DNA from: Candidatus Zixiibacteriota bacterium
Lineage (GTDB): Bacteria > Zixibacteria > MSB-5A5 > WJJR01
Direction: 5' to 3'
DNA: 64,000 bases
Assembly (NCBI GenBank): GCA_036397555.1
Contig: DASWIS010000031.1
Location: forward strand, 80,052 to 144,051
The notes under the pieces are model-generated. The model had not been told where the DNA came from and did no database searches. It saw only the letters and a list, made by a program, of their open reading frames with translations. Shown in pieces: positions 41,128 to 51,385 of this stretch (positions are counted from its first letter, which is position 1; each line of letters begins with the position of its first letter). The translations under genes and the position numbers were made by a program.

Positions 41128-41153
41128 ACGTGATCCGATCAAACAGGTCACGT
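41128..41153 (+). promoter_or_regulatory. near-palindromic site ACGTGATC-N10-GGTCACGT upstream of def (candidate operator)
   Basis: 8-bp arms with one mismatch, 14 nt before the def ATG, next to an AT-rich TTGAAC...TAGATT patch. Confidence 0.2.
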
Positions 41154-41166
41154 TCACGGCATACCT

Positions 41167-41706
41167 ATGGCCATCCTCAAAGTCGCCAAACTCGGACACC
41201 CGGTGCTGCGACGTGTCGCCGAACCGATCAAGTCCGGCGACATCGGCGACGCCGGCCTCCAGCGCCTGATCGAGGACATGTTCGAGACAATGGCCGAATA
41301 CTCCGGCGTCGGACTGGCTGCGCCCCAGGTGCACCATTCGATTCGCCTGTTGGTGACCGAAGATATTCCCGACCCAGAGCGTGAAGGGAAACTTCTCGCG
41401 GTTCGCAGCGCGGTCATCAATCCGGAGATCACATTTCTGACCGACGAGCAGATCGCCTACTTCGAGGGTTGCCTGTCGATTCCCGATCTGCGCGGCCGCG
41501 TGCCGCGCATCCGGCACATCCGTCTGCGTGGCTTGGATCGCGAGGGTCAGCCCTTCGATCGCGAAGTCGAAGGATTTCCGGCGGTGGTGGTCCAGCACGA
41601 GGTCGACCATCTCAATGGAGTCGTTTTTCTTGATCGGATGACCGATTTGTCGACATTGACCTATCTGACGGAATATGACCGTTACTTTGCATCACAGGAT
41701 TTGTAG
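41167..41706 (+). CDS. def: peptide deformylase
   Basis: GVGLAAPQ, EGCLS and HEVDH motifs. Confidence 0.9.
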   Translation: MAILKVAKLGHPVLRRVAEPIKSGDIGDAGLQRLIEDMFETMAEYSGVGLAAPQVHHSIRLLVTEDIPDPEREGKLLAVRSAVINPEITFLTDEQIAYFEGCLSIPDLRGRVPRIRHIRLRGLDREGQPFDREVEGFPAVVVQHEVDHLNGVVFLDRMTDLSTLTYLTEYDRYFASQDL

Positions 41707-41723
41707 TCACAGGCAGGAGTGAG

Positions 41724-44546
41724 ATGACCACTCAGTTGGTAGCGGCCCAGCGCAGTCACACGCCCGTCGTTGACGACACCGCGTTCGCGCGTCTCCTCGA
41801 TTCCGTCGAGAAACCGGCGCGGTATATCGGCGGCGAGCTGCATTGCGTGCGCAAAGACCCGGCGACGGTCCCGGTGCGTGTCTGCCTGGCGTTTCCCGAT
41901 TCGTATGAAATCGGCATGTCGCATTTGGGGCTGCGCATTCTCTATGCGCACCTGAACAAAGACGAACGCATTTACGCCGAACGCGCCTACTGCCCGTTCC
42001 CCGACATGGAGGCGCAGTTGCGCACACACCAGTTGCCGCTGTTTTCCATCGAGACCCGCACTGCGCTGGGCGATTTCGGCGTCGTCGGTTTCTCGCTGCA
42101 GTCGGAGATGAGCAATTCCAATGTGCTGACCATGCTCGATCTGTCGTGCATCCCGCTCCGGCGAGAGGACCGTCGCGAGGGCGATCCGATCATCATGGCG
42201 GGCGGACCGGTCGTCTTCAATCCCGAGCCGATGAGCGATTTCATCGATGCGTTCCTGATCGGAGACGGCGAAGAAGCGTTCGCGCAGTTCCTCCTGCGCA
42301 ACGATGCGCTCAAACGCGACGGCATCGTTCGCTCCGAACGCCTGCGCCTTCTCGCCGATCAAATCGACGGCATTTACATCCCGGCGCTGTACGATGTCGA
42401 AGTCGATCGCGGCACGGGGTTCCTTCACGTTCGTCCCACCGCTGGCGCGCCCTATCCGGTGCGCAAGGCGTTGCTCGACGATGTCAATCGCTTTCCGTTT
42501 CCGTCGGATATCCTCGTCCCGCAAAGCGAAATCGTGCACGACCGTGTGGCCGTCGAAATTGCGCGCGGCTGCACCGAGGGGTGCCGGTTCTGTCAGGCGG
42601 GGATCATCTATCGTCCGGTGCGCGAACGCACGCCGGAGTCGATCGTTAACACGATCATCGACGGGATCGACAAGACCGGTTTTGAAGAAGCGTCGCTGAC
42701 CGCGCTGTCCACAGCCGATTATTCCTGCATCACCCCGTTGGCCAAGGCGGTCATGGCCGAACTGCAGATGCGACGCGCGGCCATGTCGGTATCGTCGCTG
42801 CGCGTTTACGGCGTCACCGAAGAGCTCGCGCGCGAGATCGCCAAGGTCCGCAAGACCGGGTTCACCATTGCGCCGGAGGCGGGCACGCAGCGCATGCGCG
42901 ACGCGATCAACAAGGGCATCACCGACGAGAACATCGATACCGCGACCGAGATCGCCTTTGCCAACGGTTGGAAACGGCTCAAGCTTTATTTCATGATCGG
43001 ACTCCCGACCGAAACCGACGAAGATGTAATCGGCATTGCCGAGACCGCCCTTCGGGTTTTGAAGATCGGCCAGAAACATGCCGGACGCGGTATCAAGATT
43101 GTCGTCTCCGTCTCGTCGCTGGTGCCCAAGGCGCACTCGACGTTCCAGTGGGTGCCGTTCAACGATCCCGCCGAACTCCTACGCAAGCAGCGAATGCTCG
43201 CCGAGCGTCTGCGTCCGTTTAAGGGCATCGATTTGAAGATGCACGAGGTCCGATTGTCGCGATTGGAAGCGGTATTCTCGCGCGGCGACCGGCGACTTGG
43301 CCGTGTCATCGAAACCGCGTGGCGTAAAGGCGCGCGTTTCGATGAATGGAGCGACTGGTTTAAGGAGGAAATCTGGCTTGAATCATTCGCCGCATGCGCC
43401 ATCGATCCCGATCAATTCCTGCCCGCGCTGCCGACCGACGCGCCTCTGGTTTGGGACCACATCGATTCGCGCGTGACCAAAGAGTTTCTGCTGAAGGATT
43501 TGAAAAAGGGGCTCGCGTCGCGTTTCTGGCATCCGTGCGAAAAGCCGTATCTGCCCAAACGGCACAATCCGCCGAAGTCCAAAGACGGCATCACCAAGCT
43601 GGTCTGCTACGACTGCGGCGTCGATTGCGACTTAAAGAGCATCGCCATCGAACGCGATGTCGCCGCCGAGGAGGCCGGACGACTGGTAAGCGAAAAACTC
43701 GCATTACTGGAGCGCTCCGGCGCGCGCAACATCCCGATTCCCGTCGTGACCGATTCGGGCGAATTCCACGAGGGCTCCACGGGCGTGCGCGAGCGCGACA
43801 CGGCCGGCTCCGCATCGCAGCCCTTTGAGCCGACCGCGGGGCCGTTGTATCGCCATCGCGTCTGCTACGCCAAGTCCGGGATGTCACGCTACCTGTCTCA
43901 TCTCGATGTCGCGCGCGTGATCGACCGCGCGTCGCGTCGCGCCAAATGCCCGGTGGCCTACACCGGCGGTTTCCATCCGCATCCCAAGATTTCGTTCGGA
44001 CCGGCCCTGCCGGTCGGTGTCGCCGGCGAGAGAGAAGTTTTCGATATCGAGCTGTACGAAGACTGGACGTGCGAGGAGTTGGCCGAACGGTTGCGCACGA
44101 ATCTGCACGAGGGATTCCGGCTCCATGACGTGCGCCGCTTGCCGCCCGAGGCGGGCTCCATCGATTCGGTCGTCAATCGCTTCGAGTACCTTGTTCGCTT
44201 TGACACCGGCCAACTCGCCGGTTCAGGCGGAGCCGATGGCATCGCACACCGACTGTCGGAGCGCCTTTCCAACGGCGGCTGGCTGATCGAGCGCACGGTC
44301 AAAAACAGGCGCCGCTCGATCAACGCGGCGGAGTTTGTCGCCGACTCGAAGTTTGTCTGCGACAACGGCACGACAGACTGGCAACTGACGCTCGTCTCCA
44401 ACGACGAAGGACGCTCCGTGCGACCACGCGAACTGGTCGAGTCGTTGTTTGCGGGCTGGCCAGAGGGCACGCAGATCACCCGATTGCGCATGGGGCTGCT
44501 TATCGACGGCCGCTGGGTCACGCCGATGGAGGCCGCGACCGCGTGA
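41724..44546 (+). CDS. large radical-SAM protein: B12-binding-like/radical SAM N-terminal half (TIGR03960-like) fused to a DUF2344-like C-terminal half (TIGR03936-like)
   Basis: CTEGCRFCQAG = CxxxCxxC cluster; 940 aa with two recognisably different halves that are separate genes in many genomes (family names from memory). Confidence 0.75.
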   Translation: MTTQLVAAQRSHTPVVDDTAFARLLDSVEKPARYIGGELHCVRKDPATVPVRVCLAFPDSYEIGMSHLGLRILYAHLNKDERIYAERAYCPFPDMEAQLRTHQLPLFSIETRTALGDFGVVGFSLQSEMSNSNVLTMLDLSCIPLRREDRREGDPIIMAGGPVVFNPEPMSDFIDAFLIGDGEEAFAQFLLRNDALKRDGIVRSERLRLLADQIDGIYIPALYDVEVDRGTGFLHVRPTAGAPYPVRKALLDDVNRFPFPSDILVPQSEIVHDRVAVEIARGCTEGCRFCQAGIIYRPVRERTPESIVNTIIDGIDKTGFEEASLTALSTADYSCITPLAKAVMAELQMRRAAMSVSSLRVYGVTEELAREIAKVRKTGFTIAPEAGTQRMRDAINKGITDENIDTATEIAFANGWKRLKLYFMIGLPTETDEDVIGIAETALRVLKIGQKHAGRGIKIVVSVSSLVPKAHSTFQWVPFNDPAELLRKQRMLAERLRPFKGIDLKMHEVRLSRLEAVFSRGDRRLGRVIETAWRKGARFDEWSDWFKEEIWLESFAACAIDPDQFLPALPTDAPLVWDHIDSRVTKEFLLKDLKKGLASRFWHPCEKPYLPKRHNPPKSKDGITKLVCYDCGVDCDLKSIAIERDVAAEEAGRLVSEKLALLERSGARNIPIPVVTDSGEFHEGSTGVRERDTAGSASQPFEPTAGPLYRHRVCYAKSGMSRYLSHLDVARVIDRASRRAKCPVAYTGGFHPHPKISFGPALPVGVAGEREVFDIELYEDWTCEELAERLRTNLHEGFRLHDVRRLPPEAGSIDSVVNRFEYLVRFDTGQLAGSGGADGIAHRLSERLSNGGWLIERTVKNRRRSINAAEFVADSKFVCDNGTTDWQLTLVSNDEGRSVRPRELVESLFAGWPEGTQITRLRMGLLIDGRWVTPMEAATA

Positions 44547-45862
44547 TCCGTGCCGCGACTGCTCCCCAACGGCGGGCATCATTCTACACGCTCGGCTGCC
44601 GTCTGAATCACGCCGAGACCGCGCTGATCGCCCAACGCTTCGTTCAGGCGGGATACGCCATCGCCGAACACGGTGAGCCGGTCGATGTCGCGGTCATCCA
44701 CACCTGCTCGGTGACCGAACGCGCCGATGCGCGGTGCCGTCAGGAGATCCGCAAAGTCCGACGCGGCTCCCCCGATGCGGTCGTCTGTGCGGTCGGCTGC
44801 TATGCGCAGGCCGAACCGGCGACGGTCGCGGCACTGGGCGGAGTCGATTTTGTCGTGGGCAATGACCGCAAATACGATCTGGTCAATCTGATCGGCGACG
44901 TCTCACCGAGGGACACACCGCGGATCGACGTGTCGCGCCGCGTCGACTTGACGTATGTCGAGTATCCTGTATCGGGATACTATGCCCGTGAAACCCGCGC
45001 CAACATCAAGATTCAGGACGGTTGTAATTTCTGCTGCGCGTTTTGCATCCTGCCGCGCATTCGCGGACGCGCCCAATCGCGACGGTTAGGGGACATCATA
45101 GCCGAAGGCCACGAACTGGCCCGACGCGGCCACAAAGAGCTGGTGATCACCGGCGTGAACATCGGCACTTATACGCATGACCGCTACACGATTGCCGATG
45201 TCGCACGCGCGCTCTCGGCGATTCCCGATGTGCAACGCGTACGCATTTCGTCGGTCGAACCCACGACCGTCAGCGATGACCTGCTCGACTGGATGGCGAA
45301 CGACCCCAGGGCATGTCGTCACCTGCACCTGCCGTTGCAGGCCGGATCCGATTCGGTTCTGTCGAAAATGAAACGCGTGTACACCGTGAGCGACTACGTC
45401 CGCTTTATTGAGAAAGCGATGCGGATGATTCCCGATCTCGGATTGGGAACCGACATCATCGTCGGGCATCCCGGTGAGGGGGATGCGGAGTTCACCGAGT
45501 CAGTCCGTTTCGTCGAGGCAATGCCGTATTCATACCTGCACGTCTTCTCATACTCCGAGCGGCCCAAAACGGCGGCCGCATTTTATGATGACAAGATTGA
45601 CCCTCGGGTGATCAAAGAGCGCTCCGAAATCATGCACGAGATCGGGCGGCGTAAGCGGCAGCAGTTCTTCGAACGCCATATCGGCCGCACCGTCGATGTC
45701 CTGTTCGAATCAGTCGACGATGACGGTTGGTGCAAGGGATTTACCGGCTCGTATGTCCGCGTCGGGATACTCGGCTCCGAGGCGCCGACCAATGAGATCC
45801 GTGCGGTGGAAGTTCAGGGGCGTACGGATGAGTATTGCTTGGGAGTGCTGAAGGCAGCGTGA
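44543..45862 (+). CDS. mtaB: tRNA methylthiotransferase, MtaB-like (MTTase N-domain + radical SAM + TRAM)
   Basis: LGCRLNHAET N-terminal MTTase cysteines, CNFCCAFC radical-SAM cluster; GTG start overlapping the upstream TGA. Confidence 0.65.
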   Translation: MIRAATAPQRRASFYTLGCRLNHAETALIAQRFVQAGYAIAEHGEPVDVAVIHTCSVTERADARCRQEIRKVRRGSPDAVVCAVGCYAQAEPATVAALGGVDFVVGNDRKYDLVNLIGDVSPRDTPRIDVSRRVDLTYVEYPVSGYYARETRANIKIQDGCNFCCAFCILPRIRGRAQSRRLGDIIAEGHELARRGHKELVITGVNIGTYTHDRYTIADVARALSAIPDVQRVRISSVEPTTVSDDLLDWMANDPRACRHLHLPLQAGSDSVLSKMKRVYTVSDYVRFIEKAMRMIPDLGLGTDIIVGHPGEGDAEFTESVRFVEAMPYSYLHVFSYSERPKTAAAFYDDKIDPRVIKERSEIMHEIGRRKRQQFFERHIGRTVDVLFESVDDDGWCKGFTGSYVRVGILGSEAPTNEIRAVEVQGRTDEYCLGVLKAA

Positions 45863-45879
45863 AGAATAGCGGACTGACC

Positions 45880-47265
45880 ATGACATCGACAATACTTCGG
45901 GCCCGCATCGATCCTGCTGAGACGTTCCCCGTGGGACCGATTCGATCATCGCGCGCAACCATCAACCTCCAGACCTTCGGCTGCCAGATGAACGAGTACG
46001 ACTCGGAACTGGCGCGCTCGATTCTGCAAAAACGCGGCTACTCGTTCACAGACGACGAAGACGGCGCCGACATCGTCTTGTTCAACACCTGTGCGATTCG
46101 CGAGACAGCCCACACGCGCATCTATGCTCGTCTCGGGGACTTGGCCAACGAAAAGAAATCACGCGATGGTTTGGTCGTCGGCGTGCTGGGTTGTATGGCG
46201 CAGAATCTCAAAGAAGACATCCTCCTGCGTTTTCCCGCAGTCGATTTCATCTGCGGGCCGGATGCCTACCGGACCCTGCCCGACCTGATTGACCGCGCTC
46301 GCGGCTTGCGCGAACGCGGCGTGTCGATCGATCTTTCCGAGTACGAAACCTACGACGACATCGCGCCGACCCGCGTCGACGGCGTCAACGCCTGGATCGC
46401 AATCATGCGCGGCTGCGACAATTTCTGTACGTTCTGTGTCGTGCCGTACACGCGCGGACGCGAACGCTCGCGCGATCCCCACGGCGTTGTCGAGGAGACG
46501 CGCCGTCTGGCCGCCGACGGCTACAAGCAGGTGACTTTGCTGGGGCAGAATGTCAACTCATACAGGTTCGACGGCGCCGATTTCGCTGATTTGATGCTGC
46601 GTGTCGCCGAAGTGACCGGTATCCAACGGGTCCGCTTCACATCGCCGCATCCGAAAGACTTTCCGGCAAAGCTGCTCCACGTAATCGCCGATCACCCGCA
46701 TCTCTGCAAACACATTCACCTGCCGCTGCAAGCGGGGTCCGATCGCGTGCTGCGCAAGATGAATCGCGACTACACACGGGCCGCCTTCCTGAAACTTGTC
46801 GATCAGATTCGCGCGATCATTCCCGATGTGACCCTGACGACCGACATCATCTGCGGCTTCCCGACCGAAACGCGTGAGGAATACCTCGAGACCGAGCGCG
46901 TGATGCGCGCCGTCGAATTCGACTCGGCCTTCATCTTCAAATACTCCGAACGCCAGGGCACCATCGCGCAGAAGCTCTGGAACGATGATGTCCCCGACGA
47001 GGATAAAGCAGAACGCGTGAGCCGTCTGGTCGCATTGCAGCGCGCAATCTCACTGGAGCGCCATCGCGCGATGATCGGCCGCACCGTCCGTGTCCTGATC
47101 GAAGGTGAGAGCCGCAAGCGCTCCAGCGAGTGGAAAGCCCGAACCGACGGCAACACGATCGTCGTTTTCGCCGATCCGTCGGCGGCAGTCGGCGATTTCC
47201 GCGACGTCCTCATCACCGATGCCACGCCCAACACGCTGTTGGGCCGTTGCGTCGATCGCAGTTAG
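45880..47265 (+). CDS. miaB: tRNA-2-methylthio-N6-dimethylallyladenosine synthase
   Basis: FGCQMNEYDSE, CDNFCTFCVVP and TRAM-like C-terminus as in MiaB; ATG 45880 downstream of the mtaB stop. Confidence 0.85.
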   Translation: MTSTILRARIDPAETFPVGPIRSSRATINLQTFGCQMNEYDSELARSILQKRGYSFTDDEDGADIVLFNTCAIRETAHTRIYARLGDLANEKKSRDGLVVGVLGCMAQNLKEDILLRFPAVDFICGPDAYRTLPDLIDRARGLRERGVSIDLSEYETYDDIAPTRVDGVNAWIAIMRGCDNFCTFCVVPYTRGRERSRDPHGVVEETRRLAADGYKQVTLLGQNVNSYRFDGADFADLMLRVAEVTGIQRVRFTSPHPKDFPAKLLHVIADHPHLCKHIHLPLQAGSDRVLRKMNRDYTRAAFLKLVDQIRAIIPDVTLTTDIICGFPTETREEYLETERVMRAVEFDSAFIFKYSERQGTIAQKLWNDDVPDEDKAERVSRLVALQRAISLERHRAMIGRTVRVLIEGESRKRSSEWKARTDGNTIVVFADPSAAVGDFRDVLITDATPNTLLGRCVDRS

Positions 47266-47400
47266 ACGGCGACCGGCACGTCCCCCTCGGTATCTCACTG
47301 TTCAATTCCTGAACACCTGTATCCCCCGACCGGGCATGCATCAGGTTCCGGTTCTTGCCGATACACTGCATAAGCCGCCTCACGCAGGGGAATGTGCGTC

Positions 47401-48486
47401 ATGGCCAAGATCGACCAACTGTTGACAATCGTACGCTCCGCGGGAGCCACCGATCTGCACCTGTCGCCCGGTTCGGTGCCGATCATTCGCGTCGCCGGGC
47501 AACTGCAAAAGACGCGTCATCGCCATCTCACCGAAGAGGAAGTGCGGCAGCTCGCCTTCGAGTTGCTCAGCGACGAACAGATTCGCCGATTCGAAAAGGG
47601 CGGCGATATCGATTTGGCCTATGGTCTGCCCGGTGTCGCGCGCTTTCGGATCAACATTTATCGGTCGCAGTCGGGCGTCTCGGCGGCGTTTCGTCTGATC
47701 CCCGATGACATCCCCGATCTGGTCTCCCTGGGGTTCTCCGAGGCGGTCGCGCAACTGGCCGAAAGCAAGTCGGGCCTCGTGCTGGTGACCGGCCCGACCA
47801 ATTCGGGCAAATCGACCACGCTGGCGGCGATGCTCGATCACATCAACACCCGCTTCGCGCGACATATCGTGACGATCGAAGACCCGATCGAGTATGTTCA
47901 CAACAATAAGAATTCGCTGATATCGCAGCGCCAGGTTGGACTGCACGCCGAATCGTTTCCGTCGGCGCTGCGGGCCGCGCTGCGCGAAGACCCCGATGTT
48001 GTCTTGGTCGGCGAGATGCGTGATACCGAAACGATCTCGCTGGCCGTCACCGCCGCGGAAGTCGGACTGCTCGTGATGGGAACGCTGCACACGGTCACCG
48101 CCGCCGCGACGGTGGACCGCATCGTGGACGTCTTTCCGCCGTCGCAGCAGGCGCAGGTGCGCATTATGCTCGCGGATTCGCTGACCGGCATCGTCTCGCA
48201 GCAGCTCTTGCGGCGCGCCGAAAGCCGCGACCGGGTCGTGGCGTTCGAGCTGCTCCGCCGGACCACGTCGGTCAGTACCCTGATCCGCGAGGGAAAGTCA
48301 TACCAAATCCCGACGGCCATCCAAACCGGACGCAAATACGGCATGCAACTGCTCGACAACCACCTGCGCGAACTGCTCGACGCCGGCGTCATCACGGTTG
48401 CCGAAGCGATACGCTGCGCCAGCGACCCGGGACGGTTTGTCGATCGCTCCGTCGTCGAAGAGCCGGTCGCCGAGGTGACCGCGTAA
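47401..48486 (+). CDS. pilT: twitching-motility ATPase PilT
   Basis: ASDLHLSPG N-terminus, Walker A GPTNSGKST, Asp box, Walker B and His box typical of PilT/PilU. Confidence 0.85.
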   Translation: MAKIDQLLTIVRSAGATDLHLSPGSVPIIRVAGQLQKTRHRHLTEEEVRQLAFELLSDEQIRRFEKGGDIDLAYGLPGVARFRINIYRSQSGVSAAFRLIPDDIPDLVSLGFSEAVAQLAESKSGLVLVTGPTNSGKSTTLAAMLDHINTRFARHIVTIEDPIEYVHNNKNSLISQRQVGLHAESFPSALRAALREDPDVVLVGEMRDTETISLAVTAAEVGLLVMGTLHTVTAAATVDRIVDVFPPSQQAQVRIMLADSLTGIVSQQLLRRAESRDRVVAFELLRRTTSVSTLIREGKSYQIPTAIQTGRKYGMQLLDNHLRELLDAGVITVAEAIRCASDPGRFVDRSVVEEPVAEVTA

Positions 48487-50628
48487 ATGGCCTCGCGCCA
48501 AGCCAAACGTCGTCTCGACGAAATCCTCGTCAGCGAGGGGCTGGTCTCCGAGCAGGAGATCCGGGATGCCCTGCTGCGTCAAAAAGCGGAGGGCGGCAAA
48601 TTCGGGTCGCAGCTTCTGTATCATCGCACCATCGACGAAGCGACGCTCGTCAAGGCGCTGGCGATTCAGTTCGGCTGCGAGGGCGTCGTGCTCTCCGACC
48701 GCGCCATCCTGCCGTCGGTCGTCGCCATGGTCCCCGCCAAAGTCGCGACCGCCAGACGGGTGATGCCGTTCGACTTCGACCGCAGGCAGAACGTGCTCAA
48801 GATCGCCTGCGAAAACCCCGGCGATGAGAATCTGATCAAGGAGCTGAACTTTGTCGTCGGCGGAAAGCAGATTCGCCTCTTTGTCGCCGCCGAAATCGCG
48901 CTGAGCACCGCCATCGCTCGCTATTATCTCGGACGCGACATCTCGCTGGCCGACCAGCAGCTATTGGATATTCCCGATGGCGCCACCGACACTGGCAAGA
49001 TCGCCATCGGCGAGAAGGGGCAGTTGCCCGACTCGGTCGCCGATGTGCGCCCGGCGCTGCTGTTGGTCACCGATGAGATCTATACCGCGCCGTTGATCCA
49101 GTCGCTCTTCGAACGCGACGGCTACCATGTCGAAATCTGCGAATCGGCCGATGACGCGCTGGAGCTCGTCGGTAACCGGCGATTCCAGGCGCTGTTTATC
49201 CGCAGTTCGGTTTCGGGGGACTACATTCATCTCATCGATCGCGCCCGCCGCATCTCGGCGCGCACCGTGATCCGGTTTTATTCCTCGGCCTCCGACCTGA
49301 TGCTGAGCAAGGGCGTGCTCTCGACGCCGGCGGAACTGCTCATTTCCAATCTCGAGTTGTTCACCTCGCTTCTGTCGTCGAAGGCACGGCTGCCCGTCAA
49401 TCACGGCGCCCGCGTCGGCCAATACGCCGACCGTTTGTGCCGCAAACTGGAAATCCCCGACAAGGACCGCGTGATGATCAGCAACGCGGCGTATGTCCAC
49501 GATCTGGCGCGCTACTACTACAGCAGCGATCAGGTGCAGGACAACCGCAGCGTTGTGCGGATGACCGTCAAGCTGCTCACCTCGCTGAACTATTCGGCGG
49601 TCGTGCTGGAAATGCTGCGGCGGATGTACGCCGACGTCGCGGGCAAGTACACCGCGCGCCTTCCCATCGAGGTTTTGGGCGGCAACATTCTGACCATCGT
49701 CGATGTCTTCTGCGACAGCGTTACCCCCAATGACCGCCTGTCGCTGGACCGCTTCGATGCGGTCAAAAAAAAGCTCCGCGACCAGGTTGGATCGATGTTC
49801 TTGCTGGAAGTGGTCGAGGCATTCATCGAGATGATCCAGGAGGAATTGCTCGACCAGCGGACGACGCGCAGTCTCAGGCAGGTCATGATCTTCGCCGAGG
49901 ATCTCGCGCGCCAGCAATCGCTGGAGATGCGATTGCGCAACGAAGGGTATCCGACCGTATCACAGAACTCGATCAATGCCGTCGTCGAGCTGATCAGCCG
50001 CCGCGAACCCGACGTGCTGATTCTCGCGATTCCCGGTGATGTCGAGGCCATCAACATCATGGTCTCACAGTTGGAATCTTCCGGGATCGACTTCGGTCGA
50101 ATCCCCACCCTGCTGCTGACCGACGCATCGTCCCTGACCGCGATGACCGGGCTGTTGGAGCGCGGACTCGAAGACATCATCGCTCTCGAAGACAACCTGG
50201 ACCTGTTGGTGAGCAAACTGCGCAAGCTGGAAGGCAAAATCCTGGCCGCCCGCAAGCAGCAATCCGGCAATCTCGCCGACGCAGTCGGCGCGCGTGGACG
50301 CCTCGCCGACATGAATCTGATGGATTTGCTTCAGGTTCTCGGTCCGGGACGCAAGACGGTGCGCGTGACGGTCGAACCGAACGGTCCCGACAAGTCCAAA
50401 CTGCGCATCTACCTGAATGCCGGTGTGCTCACGTTTGCCAAATCCGCCGAAACCGAGGGACCGGATGCTGTCTACGAAGGACTGACGTGGACCGACGGCA
50501 CCTGGACGGTCGAGCCGGTCGATACCGACGTATTGCCGCCGCCCAATAACCAACTCTCCAACGAGTCGATCCTCATGGAGGGTTGCCGACTGCTCGATGA
50601 ACGTGTCCGCTCCGGACAACTGCTGTAG
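48487..50628 (+). CDS. multidomain regulator: two T2SSE_N/MshEN-like modules, two degenerate REC-like domains, an HD-like domain and C-terminal DUF4388
   Basis: N-terminus RRLDEILVSEGLVSEQEIRDALLRQ fits the MshEN c-di-GMP-binding motif RLGxxLLxxGLxxxxxLxxALxxQ with Gly to Asp; NHGARVGQYADRL...AAYVHDLAR gives H...HD; C-terminal LADMNLMDLLQVLGPGRKTVRVTVEP fits DUF4388. Starts 1 nt after the pilT stop. Confidence 0.55.
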   Translation: MASRQAKRRLDEILVSEGLVSEQEIRDALLRQKAEGGKFGSQLLYHRTIDEATLVKALAIQFGCEGVVLSDRAILPSVVAMVPAKVATARRVMPFDFDRRQNVLKIACENPGDENLIKELNFVVGGKQIRLFVAAEIALSTAIARYYLGRDISLADQQLLDIPDGATDTGKIAIGEKGQLPDSVADVRPALLLVTDEIYTAPLIQSLFERDGYHVEICESADDALELVGNRRFQALFIRSSVSGDYIHLIDRARRISARTVIRFYSSASDLMLSKGVLSTPAELLISNLELFTSLLSSKARLPVNHGARVGQYADRLCRKLEIPDKDRVMISNAAYVHDLARYYYSSDQVQDNRSVVRMTVKLLTSLNYSAVVLEMLRRMYADVAGKYTARLPIEVLGGNILTIVDVFCDSVTPNDRLSLDRFDAVKKKLRDQVGSMFLLEVVEAFIEMIQEELLDQRTTRSLRQVMIFAEDLARQQSLEMRLRNEGYPTVSQNSINAVVELISRREPDVLILAIPGDVEAINIMVSQLESSGIDFGRIPTLLLTDASSLTAMTGLLERGLEDIIALEDNLDLLVSKLRKLEGKILAARKQQSGNLADAVGARGRLADMNLMDLLQVLGPGRKTVRVTVEPNGPDKSKLRIYLNAGVLTFAKSAETEGPDAVYEGLTWTDGTWTVEPVDTDVLPPPNNQLSNESILMEGCRLLDERVRSGQLL

Positions 50629-50779
50629 GCGATCAACTCACGCGCGAGACGCCGTCTCGTTCCGGGATATGCGGTCTCACCCGCCCCCGGATGCACCAGG
50701 CAAACTTATAAAAGCGACTCTGATGAGAGTGCCCACGTGGTTACCGACCAGAGCGTTCCGGCTTCGATGGTAACGATCG

Positions 50780-51196
50780 CTACGAGGTGGTCGCCGGTTT
50801 GTAGATCGCCGCGATCACCACACCGGCCAGCATCAGTTCGATCAAGTACCCGATGATCCATGCCGCCGTCAGACTGCCGGGCCATGGCTGGACGGCATAG
50901 TTGATGATCATGGTAGAAGCCATGAATGCGATGCCGGCGTAGAGGCCGAAGCGGACTCCCTCGGCGACTCCTCGTCCTTCATAACCCTTGATGAAGATGT
51001 AGCAAAAGCCAAACGCCAGCATCAACTCACCGAGAACGACCCAGAAAAAGAACCGGACAAAGCTTTCCTCCGGGCGCAGCAAATGCCTTACGCCTTCGTA
51101 CATGCCTTTCAGCAGCATCCCGTGAAATACGAACTCGAACAAGAAGATCATGACCCAGACCGCCAGACTCCCGATCACGTAACGTTTCACATTCAT
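50780..51196 (-). CDS. small 4-TM membrane protein, hypothetical
   Basis: 138 aa with four hydrophobic helices; no family recognised. Confidence 0.45.
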   Translation of the reverse strand: MNVKRYVIGSLAVWVMIFLFEFVFHGMLLKGMYEGVRHLLRPEESFVRFFFWVVLGELMLAFGFCYIFIKGYEGRGVAEGVRFGLYAGIAFMASTMIINYAVQPWPGSLTAAWIIGYLIELMLAGVVIAAIYKPATTS

Positions 51197-51385
51197 GCGA
51201 CCCTCCCTGTCGACTGTGACGCGGTTTTCCGGTCAAACGGTTTCGGTGCGAGCAACGCATCGAACAAAGCTTGGCCTGCTGTGACCCGCAAGACAAAATC
51301 GGCTGCTGGACTCAGGGTAAAGACAAAGGCCCCGGCCGACGGCCGGGGCTCCAGGAATGCACGATGTCGGTTCTCCGGATTCGGC

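Noticed and set aside
47380-48090. 236-aa minus-strand ORF
   Set aside because: Antisense to pilT (which has Walker motifs).
50780-51196. Calling the 138-aa membrane protein a paralog of the DUF1761-like gene at 59074..59484
   Set aside because: It lacks the GALWYxPLLFGKxW motif; only general 4-TM similarity.
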